From Thermoplasmata archaeon (GTDB lineage: Archaea; Thermoplasmatota; Thermoplasmata; Thermoplasmatales; Thermoplasmataceae): a stretch of DNA of 64,000 bases. This document shows positions 38,928 through 49,458 of the stretch, in pieces. The position numbers and the translations under genes were made by a program. How positions within the stretch are numbered: the stretch's first letter is position 1; every line of letters begins with the position of its first letter. The notes under the pieces were generated by a model. That model was not told the origin of the DNA. It ran no database searches and worked only from the letters and a program-made list of their open reading frames with translations. The stretch covers positions 14,065 to 78,064 of the forward strand of contig JAJYRA010000079.1 of NCBI GenBank assembly GCA_021794355.1, in the 5' to 3' direction.

Positions 38928-39742
38928 AGATGAATTCTGGCATATCAGTAATGAGTGCTTTTGTGAACTGGAAAGGGGCCGCCCTTGCACTGGACTACAG
39001 AATGCATATATCGGTCAGTGAGGGAGATATGAAGGATAATCAATGGAACATAAGGCGTATTTTATCCATTCTAAGGAGGGAGTATGGTAGGGAGTCTGAT
39101 CTGAAAGTAACCGTTGAGAGGAAGATTCCAGCGGGGATGGGCTTGAAAAGCAGCAGTGCACTTGTTTCTGGCATTGTGAAAGCCTATTTTACATTCAATG
39201 ACATGGATGTGGGGACGGATGAAATTGTAAGTGTTTCAAGCAAAATTTCCAGGGAGATAAAGATATCTGCAACGGGTGCCGCTGATGACCTTTATGCATC
39301 ACTCACGGGGGGATTGTGCATAACGGATAACAGGAAATCCATCCTCCTGAAACGTTACAATATAAAGGAAAAGCAGTACATAATAATAACCTCAGGTAGT
39401 AAAAGATCCAGCTATGATTTTGGAAAGATGGATTTAAGCTTCCTGAAAAATGCCTATGCCAGGATGGGACAGCGATTAAACTCCTATAACTTTGAAGATA
39501 TAGCCATCATGAATGGGTTTTACCTGAGTTCCATAACCGGATTTGAAATCCCGGGAGACATTCTGAAACCACTGAGATTCAATATAATGGGAATAAATGG
39601 AAAGGGACCGTCCACATTCCTTCAGTATGATAACCCAAAAACTGTTGAAAGAGATTGCAAATTGCTGGATAAGATGAGAATAAACTTTATAGTTGCTTCC
39701 AGCACTAACCTTCCGTTTTCATGTGAGTGGGAAAATGGATAG
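38903..39742 (+). CDS. aroK: Archaeal shikimate kinase (GHMP family)
   Basis: IPAGMGLKSSSA, TGAADDLYASL.GGLCITDN, GKGPS. Confidence 0.88.
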   Translation: MDDRKLLLKMNSGISVMSAFVNWKGAALALDYRMHISVSEGDMKDNQWNIRRILSILRREYGRESDLKVTVERKIPAGMGLKSSSALVSGIVKAYFTFNDMDVGTDEIVSVSSKISREIKISATGAADDLYASLTGGLCITDNRKSILLKRYNIKEKQYIIITSGSKRSSYDFGKMDLSFLKNAYARMGQRLNSYNFEDIAIMNGFYLSSITGFEIPGDILKPLRFNIMGINGKGPSTFLQYDNPKTVERDCKLLDKMRINFIVASSTNLPFSCEWENG

Positions 39743-40991
39743 AATAATAATACCTGGAAAATTAAAGGGACGCATAGACGCACCGTCCTCCAAGAGCATG
39801 AGCCAGAGGGCACTTCTTCTTGCAGCATTTCTCCCGGGGCATAAACGAATAGGTCCCATTTCTGGTTGCGATGACGAGAACATTGCACTGGATGTGTGTA
39901 AAGCAACGGGAATGAGGGTGATTAAGGATGGCAATTATTACAACATATATGGAGACTTTTCCACTCCGGAAAGTGTCAATGTTGGTGAATCCGGAACCAC
40001 GATGAGACTCATCCTGGGCCTTATGGCTGCAAGGAAATGCAGGTGTGAAATAGAAACGGAAGGGATTTTACTGGAAAGGCCGTTAAAACCATTGATCGAG
40101 GTTCTGGAATCTGTGGGGTGCAGGTTTTCCTTGAATGGAAACAGACTTTTCTTTGACGGAAGTAATGCCCAATCTGTGAGCGAAATCCACATAAATGGAG
40201 AACAGAGTTCACAGTTCACAAGTTCCTTGATGTTTTATATGGCCCTCAATCCCACTGGCAAAAAGATCATACACATAGAGGGAAAGATGACCTCCAGTGG
40301 TTATATACAGATGACTGCTTCAATTCTCAAAAAACTGGCACTGAAGGTCAAGATTGAAGGACAGAGGATTGAGATTGATGGAATACTGTCTGAGATGAAT
40401 TCAACCCTGGAGATAGAGGGGGATTATTCTTCGGCTGCATTCATGATTGCTGCGGGGCTGCTATTTTCAGAGGATGGCATTGAAATTGGAAACCTTGACG
40501 AAAATAGTCTTCAACCGGACAGGAACGTACTGTATATTCTCAATGATGTGCTGAATATTGGGAATAGCACAGTCCATGTGAAAAAACAGGATATACCCAC
40601 TGAACTTATGGTTGACGTGGATCTGAATCCAGATCTTGCACCGGTTATTGCCCTTCTGGGCATGTTCTCCAGGAATGGGTGCCTAATAAAGAATCCAGAT
40701 AGATTGTCAGGAAAGGAGAGTAACAGAAAGGAGGCAATAATTGAAATTGCGGGGTCTTTCGGGTGTCCTGTTATGGAGGATGAAAAAGGGCTCTTTATAG
40801 GAAGCCGTGAAGATAATTGTAATCCGGTTATACCCCTTTCGAAGGATCACAGAATTATTATGCTGTCTATTCTTGCCCTTGCGGCTGTTTCCGATAAATT
40901 TGTTGTGTACAATTCCCAGTTTCTTGGAAAAAGCTATCCCTCGTTCATTGATGATCTCATTTCACTGGGATTTTCTGAGGAAAGTGAATAA
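39735..40991 (+). CDS. aroA: EPSP synthase
   Basis: PSSKSMSQR, GESGTT, RP..PL, SSQF, GDYSSAAF, PDLAP, KESNR, DHRI, KSYPSF. Start at ATG 39735. Confidence 0.9.
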   Translation: MDRIIIPGKLKGRIDAPSSKSMSQRALLLAAFLPGHKRIGPISGCDDENIALDVCKATGMRVIKDGNYYNIYGDFSTPESVNVGESGTTMRLILGLMAARKCRCEIETEGILLERPLKPLIEVLESVGCRFSLNGNRLFFDGSNAQSVSEIHINGEQSSQFTSSLMFYMALNPTGKKIIHIEGKMTSSGYIQMTASILKKLALKVKIEGQRIEIDGILSEMNSTLEIEGDYSSAAFMIAAGLLFSEDGIEIGNLDENSLQPDRNVLYILNDVLNIGNSTVHVKKQDIPTELMVDVDLNPDLAPVIALLGMFSRNGCLIKNPDRLSGKESNRKEAIIEIAGSFGCPVMEDEKGLFIGSREDNCNPVIPLSKDHRIIMLSILALAAVSDKFVVYNSQFLGKSYPSFIDDLISLGFSEESE

Positions 40992-41021
40992 GAGTTATTA
41001 GCAACCGATGGATTTCAATAT

Positions 41022-42689
41022 ATGCTTCTATTTCAGGACATACTAGATTTAATCAGGGCTGAAGCCAGAAAACATCTGAATACTCTGGATGAGAGGGATG
41101 TTATCTTTGATCAGACGGAACATGCTCATATAACCATAAGAATGATAAAATACGAGAAAACTGTGGAGAGGTTCGAAGAAAAGCTGAAAATGATCTGCGA
41201 TGATATAGAAAATCTCCCTTTTGTAGCATCACTTAATTATGATAGGGGATATATAAATATAAATGTGGATGGGGGTTATCTCTTAAGGGCAATTAGGGAT
41301 TCTGTAGAAACAACCGGTTCATTTCCCGATTCCTTCCAGGACCCTGAGAGAGTTTCCGTTGAACACACCAGCACAAACCCCACGGGTCCAATTCATATGG
41401 GCAGGATAAGAAATTCTGTAATTGGTGATTCCATCTCCCGCCTCATGAAAAGATATGGTTATCGGGTGGTAACCCAGTATTATGTAAATGACTCCGGCAA
41501 ACAGATGGTTTCGCTATATCTTGGTTATGAAAAATTCCATAAGGGTGAAAAAATAACGAAGGAAATACTTCTTGATGGTTACAGGAAGATATATGATTAT
41601 TTCGAAAAACAGGGTACTGAAGGGGAAGTGGAAACGCTTATGGAGAGATATGAAAGGGGAGACCATAAGCTCATATCAGAAATCAAGAACATAGCTCAGA
41701 TCATGCTCGATGACATTGTGGGTGATCTGGACCTCCTTGACGTAAAAATGGATGAATACACATTTGAATCTGAATTCATAGTTACGGGTGAAACGGAGAA
41801 GGTGGTGGAAAGCCTTTCCGATCACATACAGGATGAGGATGGGGCAAAATTCATAGAAATACCCAACGTAAGAAATATCTTTATTAAGAGGAAAAATGGC
41901 ACGAGCCTGTATTTAACCAGGGACATTGCCTATCATATGTACAAATTTTCCCAGTATGACAAATGTATCGTTGTCTTAGGGGAGGATCACAAAGAACACG
42001 GAAAGATAATGGATTACATCATGCACAACCTCCTAGGTTACAACAACTCACTGGATTTTGTTTTTTACGGTATGGTTAATCTGGAATCTGGAAAAATGTC
42101 TACAAGAAAGGGTACAAGCGTAACTGTGAAAGAGGTATATAACAAACTGAATGAAAAGGCCAGGGAAGAAGTCATAAAGAGATATGGGCAGGGGGATGAT
42201 GTGGACAGGGTAAGCAGGGACATTGCTGTTTCATCCCTGCGGTTTTATATGCTAAAGATCAACATGGGCAAACCGATAACTTTCAGGTGGGAGGATGCCC
42301 TTGACTTTAATGGAGAAACTGCACCATTCATCATGTACTCATACACAAGGGCAGGAAGCATACTTGAAAAGGTCGATGAGGCGGGAAATTCAAATGAAGC
42401 AGGTAATATAAAAGTAGATGGAATGGAAAAGGAGGAGACCTCATTGATCCTTGAGATGTATAAGTATCCATATAAAATAACTGACGCAGTGAAGAGCCTG
42501 AGACCGGATATCATAACAGGATATTTGCTTGAACTCTCAAAGAAATTCACAACATTCTATGAAACCTGTAAAGTTATGGGTGAAGAATCAGGGATTCAGG
42601 GCAGGAGGGTTACCATTTTAAAGAATTACATGAGTATATTGGAAGATGCCAGTTACATAGTGGGAATAAAGAATGTGAAGAAAATGTAG
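41022..42689 (+). CDS. argS: Arginyl-tRNA synthetase
   Basis: VEHTSTNPTGPIHMGRIRNS, YYVND.GKQ, LYLTRDIAYH, KMSTRKG. Confidence 0.96.
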   Translation: MLLFQDILDLIRAEARKHLNTLDERDVIFDQTEHAHITIRMIKYEKTVERFEEKLKMICDDIENLPFVASLNYDRGYININVDGGYLLRAIRDSVETTGSFPDSFQDPERVSVEHTSTNPTGPIHMGRIRNSVIGDSISRLMKRYGYRVVTQYYVNDSGKQMVSLYLGYEKFHKGEKITKEILLDGYRKIYDYFEKQGTEGEVETLMERYERGDHKLISEIKNIAQIMLDDIVGDLDLLDVKMDEYTFESEFIVTGETEKVVESLSDHIQDEDGAKFIEIPNVRNIFIKRKNGTSLYLTRDIAYHMYKFSQYDKCIVVLGEDHKEHGKIMDYIMHNLLGYNNSLDFVFYGMVNLESGKMSTRKGTSVTVKEVYNKLNEKAREEVIKRYGQGDDVDRVSRDIAVSSLRFYMLKINMGKPITFRWEDALDFNGETAPFIMYSYTRAGSILEKVDEAGNSNEAGNIKVDGMEKEETSLILEMYKYPYKITDAVKSLRPDIITGYLLELSKKFTTFYETCKVMGEESGIQGRRVTILKNYMSILEDASYIVGIKNVKKM

Positions 42690-42917
42690 TCCTTGATTTA
42701 CAAAGTGACATTGCTAAATCTTCTTTGGTAACTTGAAAGGTGAAAATACCCAGGGACAATCCCTTTGAGCAAAAACTGCACTACTCCCTAGTTCAAACGA
42801 ATGCTCATTAGGTCACCAGAATCCGCAAGGAGTAAAAATCAACCAAGAATAGACAATTTCGAACATTGTAAAATATTAAATATCATTTTTTGGTATTATT
42901 GCAGGAAGGTGATTTTT

Positions 42918-43115
42918 GTGACAACCAAATATCGTGTAAAGTGCCCAAACTGTGGTAATGAGTTCGATGTTAATTATTCTATATTCAATGCCTTTTCAGA
43001 TCCGAACCTCGGAATGATATTCAGGTGGGGCCCACACTCATTTTCAGTTAAATGTCCTCAATGCTTTATAAGGAAGAGATACCACGTAACTTATGACGAT
43101 GTGGTCAGGGATTGA
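42918..43115 (+). CDS. Small Zn-finger protein (65 aa)
   Basis: GTG start after a GAAGGTGA ribosome binding site; KCPNCG and KCPQC knuckles. Confidence 0.7.
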   Translation: MTTKYRVKCPNCGNEFDVNYSIFNAFSDPNLGMIFRWGPHSFSVKCPQCFIRKRYHVTYDDVVRD

Positions 43116-43259
43116 CTTCAATAATGATTTCTGGCATCTAAATTTGATTCGTTTATCATTTCAGGTAGATTCAGATTTAAGATAAAATATGAAATTACTG
43201 GGTAGATTATTGAAAAATAAAAATTTAGCCTAAAAAATTTGGTTTGGATTTTGTTAAAA

Positions 43260-46223
43260 TTATTGCTTTGTGTTGTTGTCTTTTTTAGGAACCTGTTTCT
43301 GATCTGTGATCTTTTTCTGGTTTGACTGTGGAAGAGACTGCTGTCTTCTTGGTCCGACACTGGGGAATTTACCCTTTGTCAATCTGTAATACAACAGAGC
43401 CAGAATTAGTATTATGATGATAATAGCCACAATAACAAGAACCACTCTATCTGATGAGACCCCAACGTTTACAGTCTTAACCAATTGACCTTCCTTTTGA
43501 ACAAAGCCCGGTTGAGCTCCATTGGATGCCTGGAATGATAGACTCTGTGATCCTGAGTTTGGAAGAGTTATGTTAATGTAAAAAGTACTTGTCTGATTTA
43601 CAGCTAGAGATTTTGTAAATGGCTGATTTAATAAAACCTTTCCGTTATCATAGACAATAATTGATAGATTCGTTACTGCCTTATTCCCGTGGTTTGTTAC
43701 GTTGACACGTACTTCCTTTGTTGCTCCCTGTGAAAAGGTTCCAGAATATTGAACGCCACTGACAAGAAGTTTGGGACCACTGTAAGTTGTGGTATATGTA
43801 ACATTATCATAGCCACTCAGTATGGGATTTGATACCTTTAAGTCTATGTGTATCTTTGCCACAAGGTTAATACTCACCTCGAGCCAGGACGATTCATTCC
43901 ATGAACTCTTTGCGTGATTGTAACCTATGATTGTAAGGTTGGTTGTATTTGAAGGTATCTTGCTGCCATTGGCGAATAGGAATGTCCAGTTATATGACAG
44001 TTTTGAGCTGGAATAGTATTTATCGCTGGAGTAGTTACCAGTAAGGATTACGGATTGTCCTGCAGGAATTGCAGTTATATTCTTATCTGCAGTGTTTTGG
44101 ATCGTAATAACCGCACTTGGTGCAGTAGTATCATTTACGGTTACCATCAGCTTAACTGACATGGTGGTATTTCCTGCACTCGTTGCATTTAAATATGCAA
44201 TTTTTGGAACTCCATTGGAACTTGGAACCGTGAATTGATAGTTTACCGATGAACCAGAAAGGGTTGAATTGGGAAAAGCCCACATGAAATATAGTTGAAC
44301 ATTGTATTTGGTACCATTATATGTTAAATTCAAAGTACTGGGCCTTGAACTGGAGGCTGCATTGAATGTTATTAATGAATTCTGTGGCACGGTTATGGAT
44401 ACTGAACCATTTGAAGTTTTGGCTGACCCAATTCTGTGTGTTTTTCCGTTAAAGGAATAGGTGAAATTAACAGATGGTTTCTGGCTCTTTGGTAGTACTA
44501 AAAATGTAACTTTTGTTACGTTAGTGAACCCGGAACTGTCCTTTCCTGTTAGATTATATGTGGTTGTAGATTTAAGACTAAGGGATATATTATATCCATA
44601 TAGATTCCCACTGCTTGATGACCATGTGAAATTATTTGATGGCGCTGCATACTGATATTGCCCAATTATGGGATTGAACAGTGTTTTTGACATGTTAACT
44701 GAAAATGACTGATCATAGGGGGCAACTATTACAGTATTTTTTGCTGAACTGTTCAGAACTGAGTTTGTGGTTTTAATGCCCTTGTAATGTACAACTGCGT
44801 TTGAATTCACGAAATAGGGCTTTTGAGCCTTTCCAAAGGAAACGGTGACCCATGAGTTTGAACTCACCGGCAGTATCTGGAAAGGATTTCCATATGTAAC
44901 TGGCGTGCTTGCCGATTTAACAGAAACATTTGAGTTGTCATAGGAAATGTTTGATACATAATTCACTGATGCGGGAGTAAATTGTGTTCCCTTCTGGTAA
45001 ATATTCAGCACGAGGTTTTTGTAATCCGCGCTGGTCATGTTTGAGTTGGTATAATTGGCAAACGTATAAACGCTCACAGAGTTAAATGAATAAACAGGGC
45101 TGTGGATACCCCCACTGGTCATTTTGTAATAGGAGTTGTTTGCAAGGAAACTGTAGTAAGTATTCATTGGCATGGAATCCATCAAATATTTGGTGACATA
45201 ATGAGTAAACCCAAGGGATAAATTATCCAACTTTTCTTGGTACTTAAGGGATGATACACTGTTATTTTTCACATCTGGAAAAGCTGTTCCTGTTATCATA
45301 TAGTGTGTCTCAACGGAAATGGTTTTCAAATTCTTGCTCAGATTGTAATTTGTGGTTATCTGTGATGTAGATGGAGAAAGCTTTATATTTCCAGAATTGG
45401 AAATTGTAGCGGGAGCGAATCCATTTGCTGCTATCCAAAAAATTGTCCCAGTTTCTGAACTTACATAGTATACCCCACCTGTGAATGAGGCAGTGGAATA
45501 TGTGTGTTCCGTTGTGTTAAAGGCAACCACTCTGAAGGAGTTGACTGTTGCTCCTGTGGATTTGTCATAAACTGCACCGAAATAGTTCTCGGCTGATCTG
45601 CCCAAGGTTATGGTGACAAGGTTTCCCGAGGCGAGTGTTAAAACCTGTATGGTCTGCCCTTCGTTTGGAAGTCCATTCAGGTAACTTTTTTCATAGAACA
45701 TGGTTCCTATGGATGGCAGGTATGCGCTGAAACTGGTATGATTTGTTGTCTTCGAATAGAAGTTATATCCACCCAGGGTCGAAAAAATAACCGTGGCGGT
45801 TTCGTCATTTAAATTATTAAGGTTTACCGTTGAATAGGATTCCTCAATAGCCGCATTTTTTAAAACAACATTCTGATATGGGCTGCCTACCTGGATTTCA
45901 TTATGAGTCTTGTTGGTAAGGTAATGAACACCACCCACTACTGATGTTGCCGGCATAACGGTTATCAAATAGCTTCCATATGTCAGGGAGACATTAAGGG
46001 TGCTACCTACCTCTGTTGTGGTAAAATGCCCGTTAGTAGAGTTTATGAAAACTACAGGGCTCGTTACAAAACCTATATTACTACCCCCTTCCGTCAAGTA
46101 TAAATATATACTTACATGGGATGAGGAGGGTGCTGATGAACTTGACGATGATGCAACGGCATTTGCCATGCCTGCAAGAAATATTGCTATCAGAATAGCT
46201 GACAACACTTTTTTACTGTCCAA
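43260..46223 (-). CDS. Large surface glycoprotein (signal peptide, PKD/CARDB-like domains, C-terminal TM anchor)
   Basis: Signal peptide MDSKKVLSAILIAIFLAGMANAVA; Ser-rich linker; many N-x-S/T sequons; PKD-like ITFNAASS..FMWAF and LTGNYSSD..YNWTF; CARDB-like VRVNVTNHG; TM helix and basic tail. Confidence 0.8.
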   Translation of the reverse strand: MDSKKVLSAILIAIFLAGMANAVASSSSSSAPSSSHVSIYLYLTEGGSNIGFVTSPVVFINSTNGHFTTTEVGSTLNVSLTYGSYLITVMPATSVVGGVHYLTNKTHNEIQVGSPYQNVVLKNAAIEESYSTVNLNNLNDETATVIFSTLGGYNFYSKTTNHTSFSAYLPSIGTMFYEKSYLNGLPNEGQTIQVLTLASGNLVTITLGRSAENYFGAVYDKSTGATVNSFRVVAFNTTEHTYSTASFTGGVYYVSSETGTIFWIAANGFAPATISNSGNIKLSPSTSQITTNYNLSKNLKTISVETHYMITGTAFPDVKNNSVSSLKYQEKLDNLSLGFTHYVTKYLMDSMPMNTYYSFLANNSYYKMTSGGIHSPVYSFNSVSVYTFANYTNSNMTSADYKNLVLNIYQKGTQFTPASVNYVSNISYDNSNVSVKSASTPVTYGNPFQILPVSSNSWVTVSFGKAQKPYFVNSNAVVHYKGIKTTNSVLNSSAKNTVIVAPYDQSFSVNMSKTLFNPIIGQYQYAAPSNNFTWSSSSGNLYGYNISLSLKSTTTYNLTGKDSSGFTNVTKVTFLVLPKSQKPSVNFTYSFNGKTHRIGSAKTSNGSVSITVPQNSLITFNAASSSRPSTLNLTYNGTKYNVQLYFMWAFPNSTLSGSSVNYQFTVPSSNGVPKIAYLNATSAGNTTMSVKLMVTVNDTTAPSAVITIQNTADKNITAIPAGQSVILTGNYSSDKYYSSSKLSYNWTFLFANGSKIPSNTTNLTIIGYNHAKSSWNESSWLEVSINLVAKIHIDLKVSNPILSGYDNVTYTTTYSGPKLLVSGVQYSGTFSQGATKEVRVNVTNHGNKAVTNLSIIVYDNGKVLLNQPFTKSLAVNQTSTFYINITLPNSGSQSLSFQASNGAQPGFVQKEGQLVKTVNVGVSSDRVVLVIVAIIIIILILALLYYRLTKGKFPSVGPRRQQSLPQSNQKKITDQKQVPKKDNNTKQ

Positions 46224-46274
46224 TGTGATCTTCCTCTTTTTCGCTAAATAAACTCATACTTATAAACATTCCTT

Positions 46275-47288
46275 TTAAAGTTCTACTTCCTTGATTTCCA
46301 GTGGGTTAAATAGATTAAATTTGGTTACAATCTGGAATGGTGTTGGAACAATACCTTTGAAATGCATCCATTTCCTCTTTACTGGAACTTTAGCTTTTTG
46401 AATAAAGTCATATGGGTTTTTGAACACAATTTTCATAATATTTTCCGGAGAGATTCTCTGCCTGTTCTTCTGGATCCTGAAAAGAAAGTCCATTTCCTGG
46501 TATATATTGGGAGAGACTGTCATTACATTATCCGTTCCCAGCATGAGGTTAAATCCTGCCTCAATCAGCTCTGAATAGTTGGCATCTATGCCGAAAAATC
46601 TATTTGAACGGGGTGTGACTGCTACATTTTTTGTTACGGATAATAGTTCGTTTAACTGATTACGTGAGAGTGAGGTGCAGTGGATCAAAAGATCCGGTTT
46701 GAGTTCGAATAAGGGCTCCATAGGCTCATACCTATTCTCACTGTAATGTGTTGATACAAGAAGTTTAAGATTCCTGGCTATTTTTGCCATTTCCTTCATG
46801 CTATCAACATTTTCATCCGATATGGCACTGAACCCAACGCCATTTACGATTGAACTTATGCTCCCTATGTCCTCCTCATCTTCTGGCCTTGCCAGAATAA
46901 GGGAATTTTGCTCATTTTCTCTTATAGTCTTAAGTGATTCAATTCCGGATGATCCCGCTTCTCTGTAATCAAAAAAGCTGCCTGTTCCAATTCCCTGCAT
47001 ATACTTTATGGAATTTTTCATTCCTCCTATGAGTGTGTCCTGCCCCACGTTTTGAAGCTCCCTGAGCTTGAATCCTCCGGGACCAACAATTTCTTCCAGA
47101 GTACCTGATGGTTCACTGGAAATGAATGAATCTCCTATGTGTGTATGGGCATTTACGGCCATGGGGATGAAGAAATTCTTTACTCTCACAAGGGATTCTT
47201 CCTCAAATCTATTAAATTCTGGATAGTAAATTCCATCACGATATTCTCCATCTATGTAAAATGTTCCTGCTATTTCCTCATTTTTCAT
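46275..47288 (-). CDS. Amidohydrolase superfamily metallohydrolase
   Basis: NAHTHIGD (HxH), HYSE, LIHCT, LGTDN. Confidence 0.85.
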   Translation of the reverse strand: MKNEEIAGTFYIDGEYRDGIYYPEFNRFEEESLVRVKNFFIPMAVNAHTHIGDSFISSEPSGTLEEIVGPGGFKLRELQNVGQDTLIGGMKNSIKYMQGIGTGSFFDYREAGSSGIESLKTIRENEQNSLILARPEDEEDIGSISSIVNGVGFSAISDENVDSMKEMAKIARNLKLLVSTHYSENRYEPMEPLFELKPDLLIHCTSLSRNQLNELLSVTKNVAVTPRSNRFFGIDANYSELIEAGFNLMLGTDNVMTVSPNIYQEMDFLFRIQKNRQRISPENIMKIVFKNPYDFIQKAKVPVKRKWMHFKGIVPTPFQIVTKFNLFNPLEIKEVEL

Positions 47289-47290
47289 GG

Positions 47291-48706
47291 TTACCCCTTT
47301 ATGACCCCAATGGGTTTCATTCTTGAAATACCTTCAGCTATGCCTGAACCTATGATGGAATCATAAACCTCATCTATACTTTTATAACTTTCGGGAGCCT
47401 CCTCAGTTATGGCGTTTGGGCTCCCTATTTTCATCTGGACCCCAATTCTATCCATTTCCTCCCTTATATCTTCAGGGTTCAAGGAATCATTGGCGCTCTT
47501 TCTACCCATTATCCTTCCTGCACCATGACAACTTGTTGAAAATGAGATTTCACTATTTCCCTTCTTCCCCCTCAGTACATAGGAGGAAGTTCCCATACTC
47601 CCCGGAACAAGAACCGGATGTCCAACACCGGCGTAAAAACCCCTGGTATCATCTGGAGGAAGCGCCCTGGTTGCCCCTTTTCTGTGGACAAGAACCTTTC
47701 TATTCCTTCCATGGATAGTATGTTCCTCAAAGGTGGCCATATTGTGAGAGATGTTGTATACGAGCTCCGAGTCTTCCTCCACAAACTCATTTCCCAGGAC
47801 TTTTTTCAGTGATTGCCTCACGAGGTAGAGGATAAACTGCCTGTTAGCGAAAGCGTAATTTGCTGCACCATTCATGGCTGATATGTATCTGTCACCAACC
47901 TTGCTTCCAATCTCCATATAGGATAACTGCAGATCTTTCAGCTTCCTATTATGATCCAACCCCCTGATTTCCTGCATATAATCCGTTGCAACCTGGTGTC
48001 CAAATCCCCGTGACCCCGTATGAAGCATTACATATACCATTCCTTCATGTATTCCAAATTCCTCACCCACTGATCTGTTGAAAACTTTTTCAGCGTATTG
48101 GATTTCAAGGAAGTGATTTCCTGAACCAAGGGTACCAAAAAAGTTCATGCCCCTGGAGAAAGCCTTTTCAGAAATGTTTTGAGTTTCTGCGCCGAACATG
48201 GTGCCGTTGTAATCTGTTCTATTTATGTCATCTTCTGTGGCAATGTCCCTCTGATACAGCCATTGTATGCCTTCCGTGGCTATTCTATCCATATCACTTT
48301 TCGTAAGTTTATTCCTGCTTCTGGACATTCCCACAGGTATTGCCTGAAACAACTCTTCCAGAAGTTGCCCGGTATATTTCTTGAATGTTTTTACGTCCAC
48401 TCCCGTATTCATCAATGCAACACCACAATTTATGTCATATCCCACACCCCCGGGGGAGATGATGCCATTCTCTGCATCAAAGGCGATCACGGAACCAATG
48501 GGGAAGCCATATCCCTGGTGTATATCCGGTAATGCCGTAGCATAGCCCATTATACCTGGCATTTCAGACATGTTCATTAATTGATTTACCGCTTCTGTTT
48601 TCATGGCCTGATCCAGTAAACTCTTAGTTCCTATGACCCTGGCCAGATAATCATCCCTCTCCAGCAGGTGTGAATATTCTGACTCATGAATTATCTTGAT
48701 GGACAT
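47291..48706 (-). CDS. rtcB: RNA ligase RtcB
   Basis: PDIHQGYGFPIG, GYDINCG, GTLGSGNHFLE, HTGSRG, HRKGAT, HGAGR, EEAP..YK; no intein. Confidence 0.96.
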   Translation of the reverse strand: MSIKIIHESEYSHLLERDDYLARVIGTKSLLDQAMKTEAVNQLMNMSEMPGIMGYATALPDIHQGYGFPIGSVIAFDAENGIISPGGVGYDINCGVALMNTGVDVKTFKKYTGQLLEELFQAIPVGMSRSRNKLTKSDMDRIATEGIQWLYQRDIATEDDINRTDYNGTMFGAETQNISEKAFSRGMNFFGTLGSGNHFLEIQYAEKVFNRSVGEEFGIHEGMVYVMLHTGSRGFGHQVATDYMQEIRGLDHNRKLKDLQLSYMEIGSKVGDRYISAMNGAANYAFANRQFILYLVRQSLKKVLGNEFVEEDSELVYNISHNMATFEEHTIHGRNRKVLVHRKGATRALPPDDTRGFYAGVGHPVLVPGSMGTSSYVLRGKKGNSEISFSTSCHGAGRIMGRKSANDSLNPEDIREEMDRIGVQMKIGSPNAITEEAPESYKSIDEVYDSIIGSGIAEGISRMKPIGVIKG

Positions 48707-48757
48707 GTTACTGTGGTATGGAACAATCCTTAATAAATGGTGAAATGTTTACTAATT

Positions 48758-48973
48758 ATGTCAAAAATCCTGGAAGTTGAAAGTCTCGACCCGGATGTTG
48801 CCTTCAAGTTAAGGCTTGAAGTTTATTTGAGAAAAAACGCCATGAGGGTGAGAGAACTGTCAAAAACGCCCAATAAATTTGATGACTATATTACGGAGAG
48901 GGAGAGGATAATAATTTCAATGGTGGGAAAGGAATGCACAATATCGGACAAAGGTAAGATTGTTTATCCATAA
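48758..48973 (+). CDS. Hypothetical small protein, divergent from rtcB
   Basis: MSKILEVESLDPDVAFKLRLEVYLRKN...; start may be 48737 or 48758. Confidence 0.6.
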   Translation: MSKILEVESLDPDVAFKLRLEVYLRKNAMRVRELSKTPNKFDDYITERERIIISMVGKECTISDKGKIVYP

Positions 48974-49109
48974 TTTCAATTCGTTTCGTCTCCAGAGATC
49001 AGGCACCTGCTGATAAATAAATCCAGGGAATACTCTTTACCTACGGAAATTATTTCTATCCATTGGGAAAAAAATTTTTCGCGAATAAGAATTAATATTC
49101 CTTTTACAT

Positions 49110-49454
49110 ATGGTATCGATCAACTTGGATATAAAGAACAACTTATTTAAAGGATTAAGAAAGGATCTTGAAACGGCCAACAGGCATATAAAAATTATAG
49201 AATCCCTGATGAGGGAGCAACCCTCCGGCATAATAAAAATTTCTCAAAACACAGGTATACCGGATCACAAGATAAGGTACTCCCTGAGGATACTTGAAAG
49301 GGACGGAATAATCATACCATCTAAGGATGGCGCCATAATTACACCTGAATTTGTGGAAAATAAGGAAGCACTCCTTGATGAAATCCGTGATATTATAAAG
49401 GACATGAACTCTCTTGAAGATGAGATAAACAAATCACTTCTTGGAAGAAAGTGA
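49110..49454 (+). CDS. Winged-helix transcriptional regulator (COG3388-like)
   Basis: RHIKII..., GIIKIS..TGIPDHKIRYSLRILE..G.I.PS..GA. Confidence 0.8.
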   Translation: MVSINLDIKNNLFKGLRKDLETANRHIKIIESLMREQPSGIIKISQNTGIPDHKIRYSLRILERDGIIIPSKDGAIITPEFVENKEALLDEIRDIIKDMNSLEDEINKSLLGRK

Positions 49455-49458
49455 ATTG

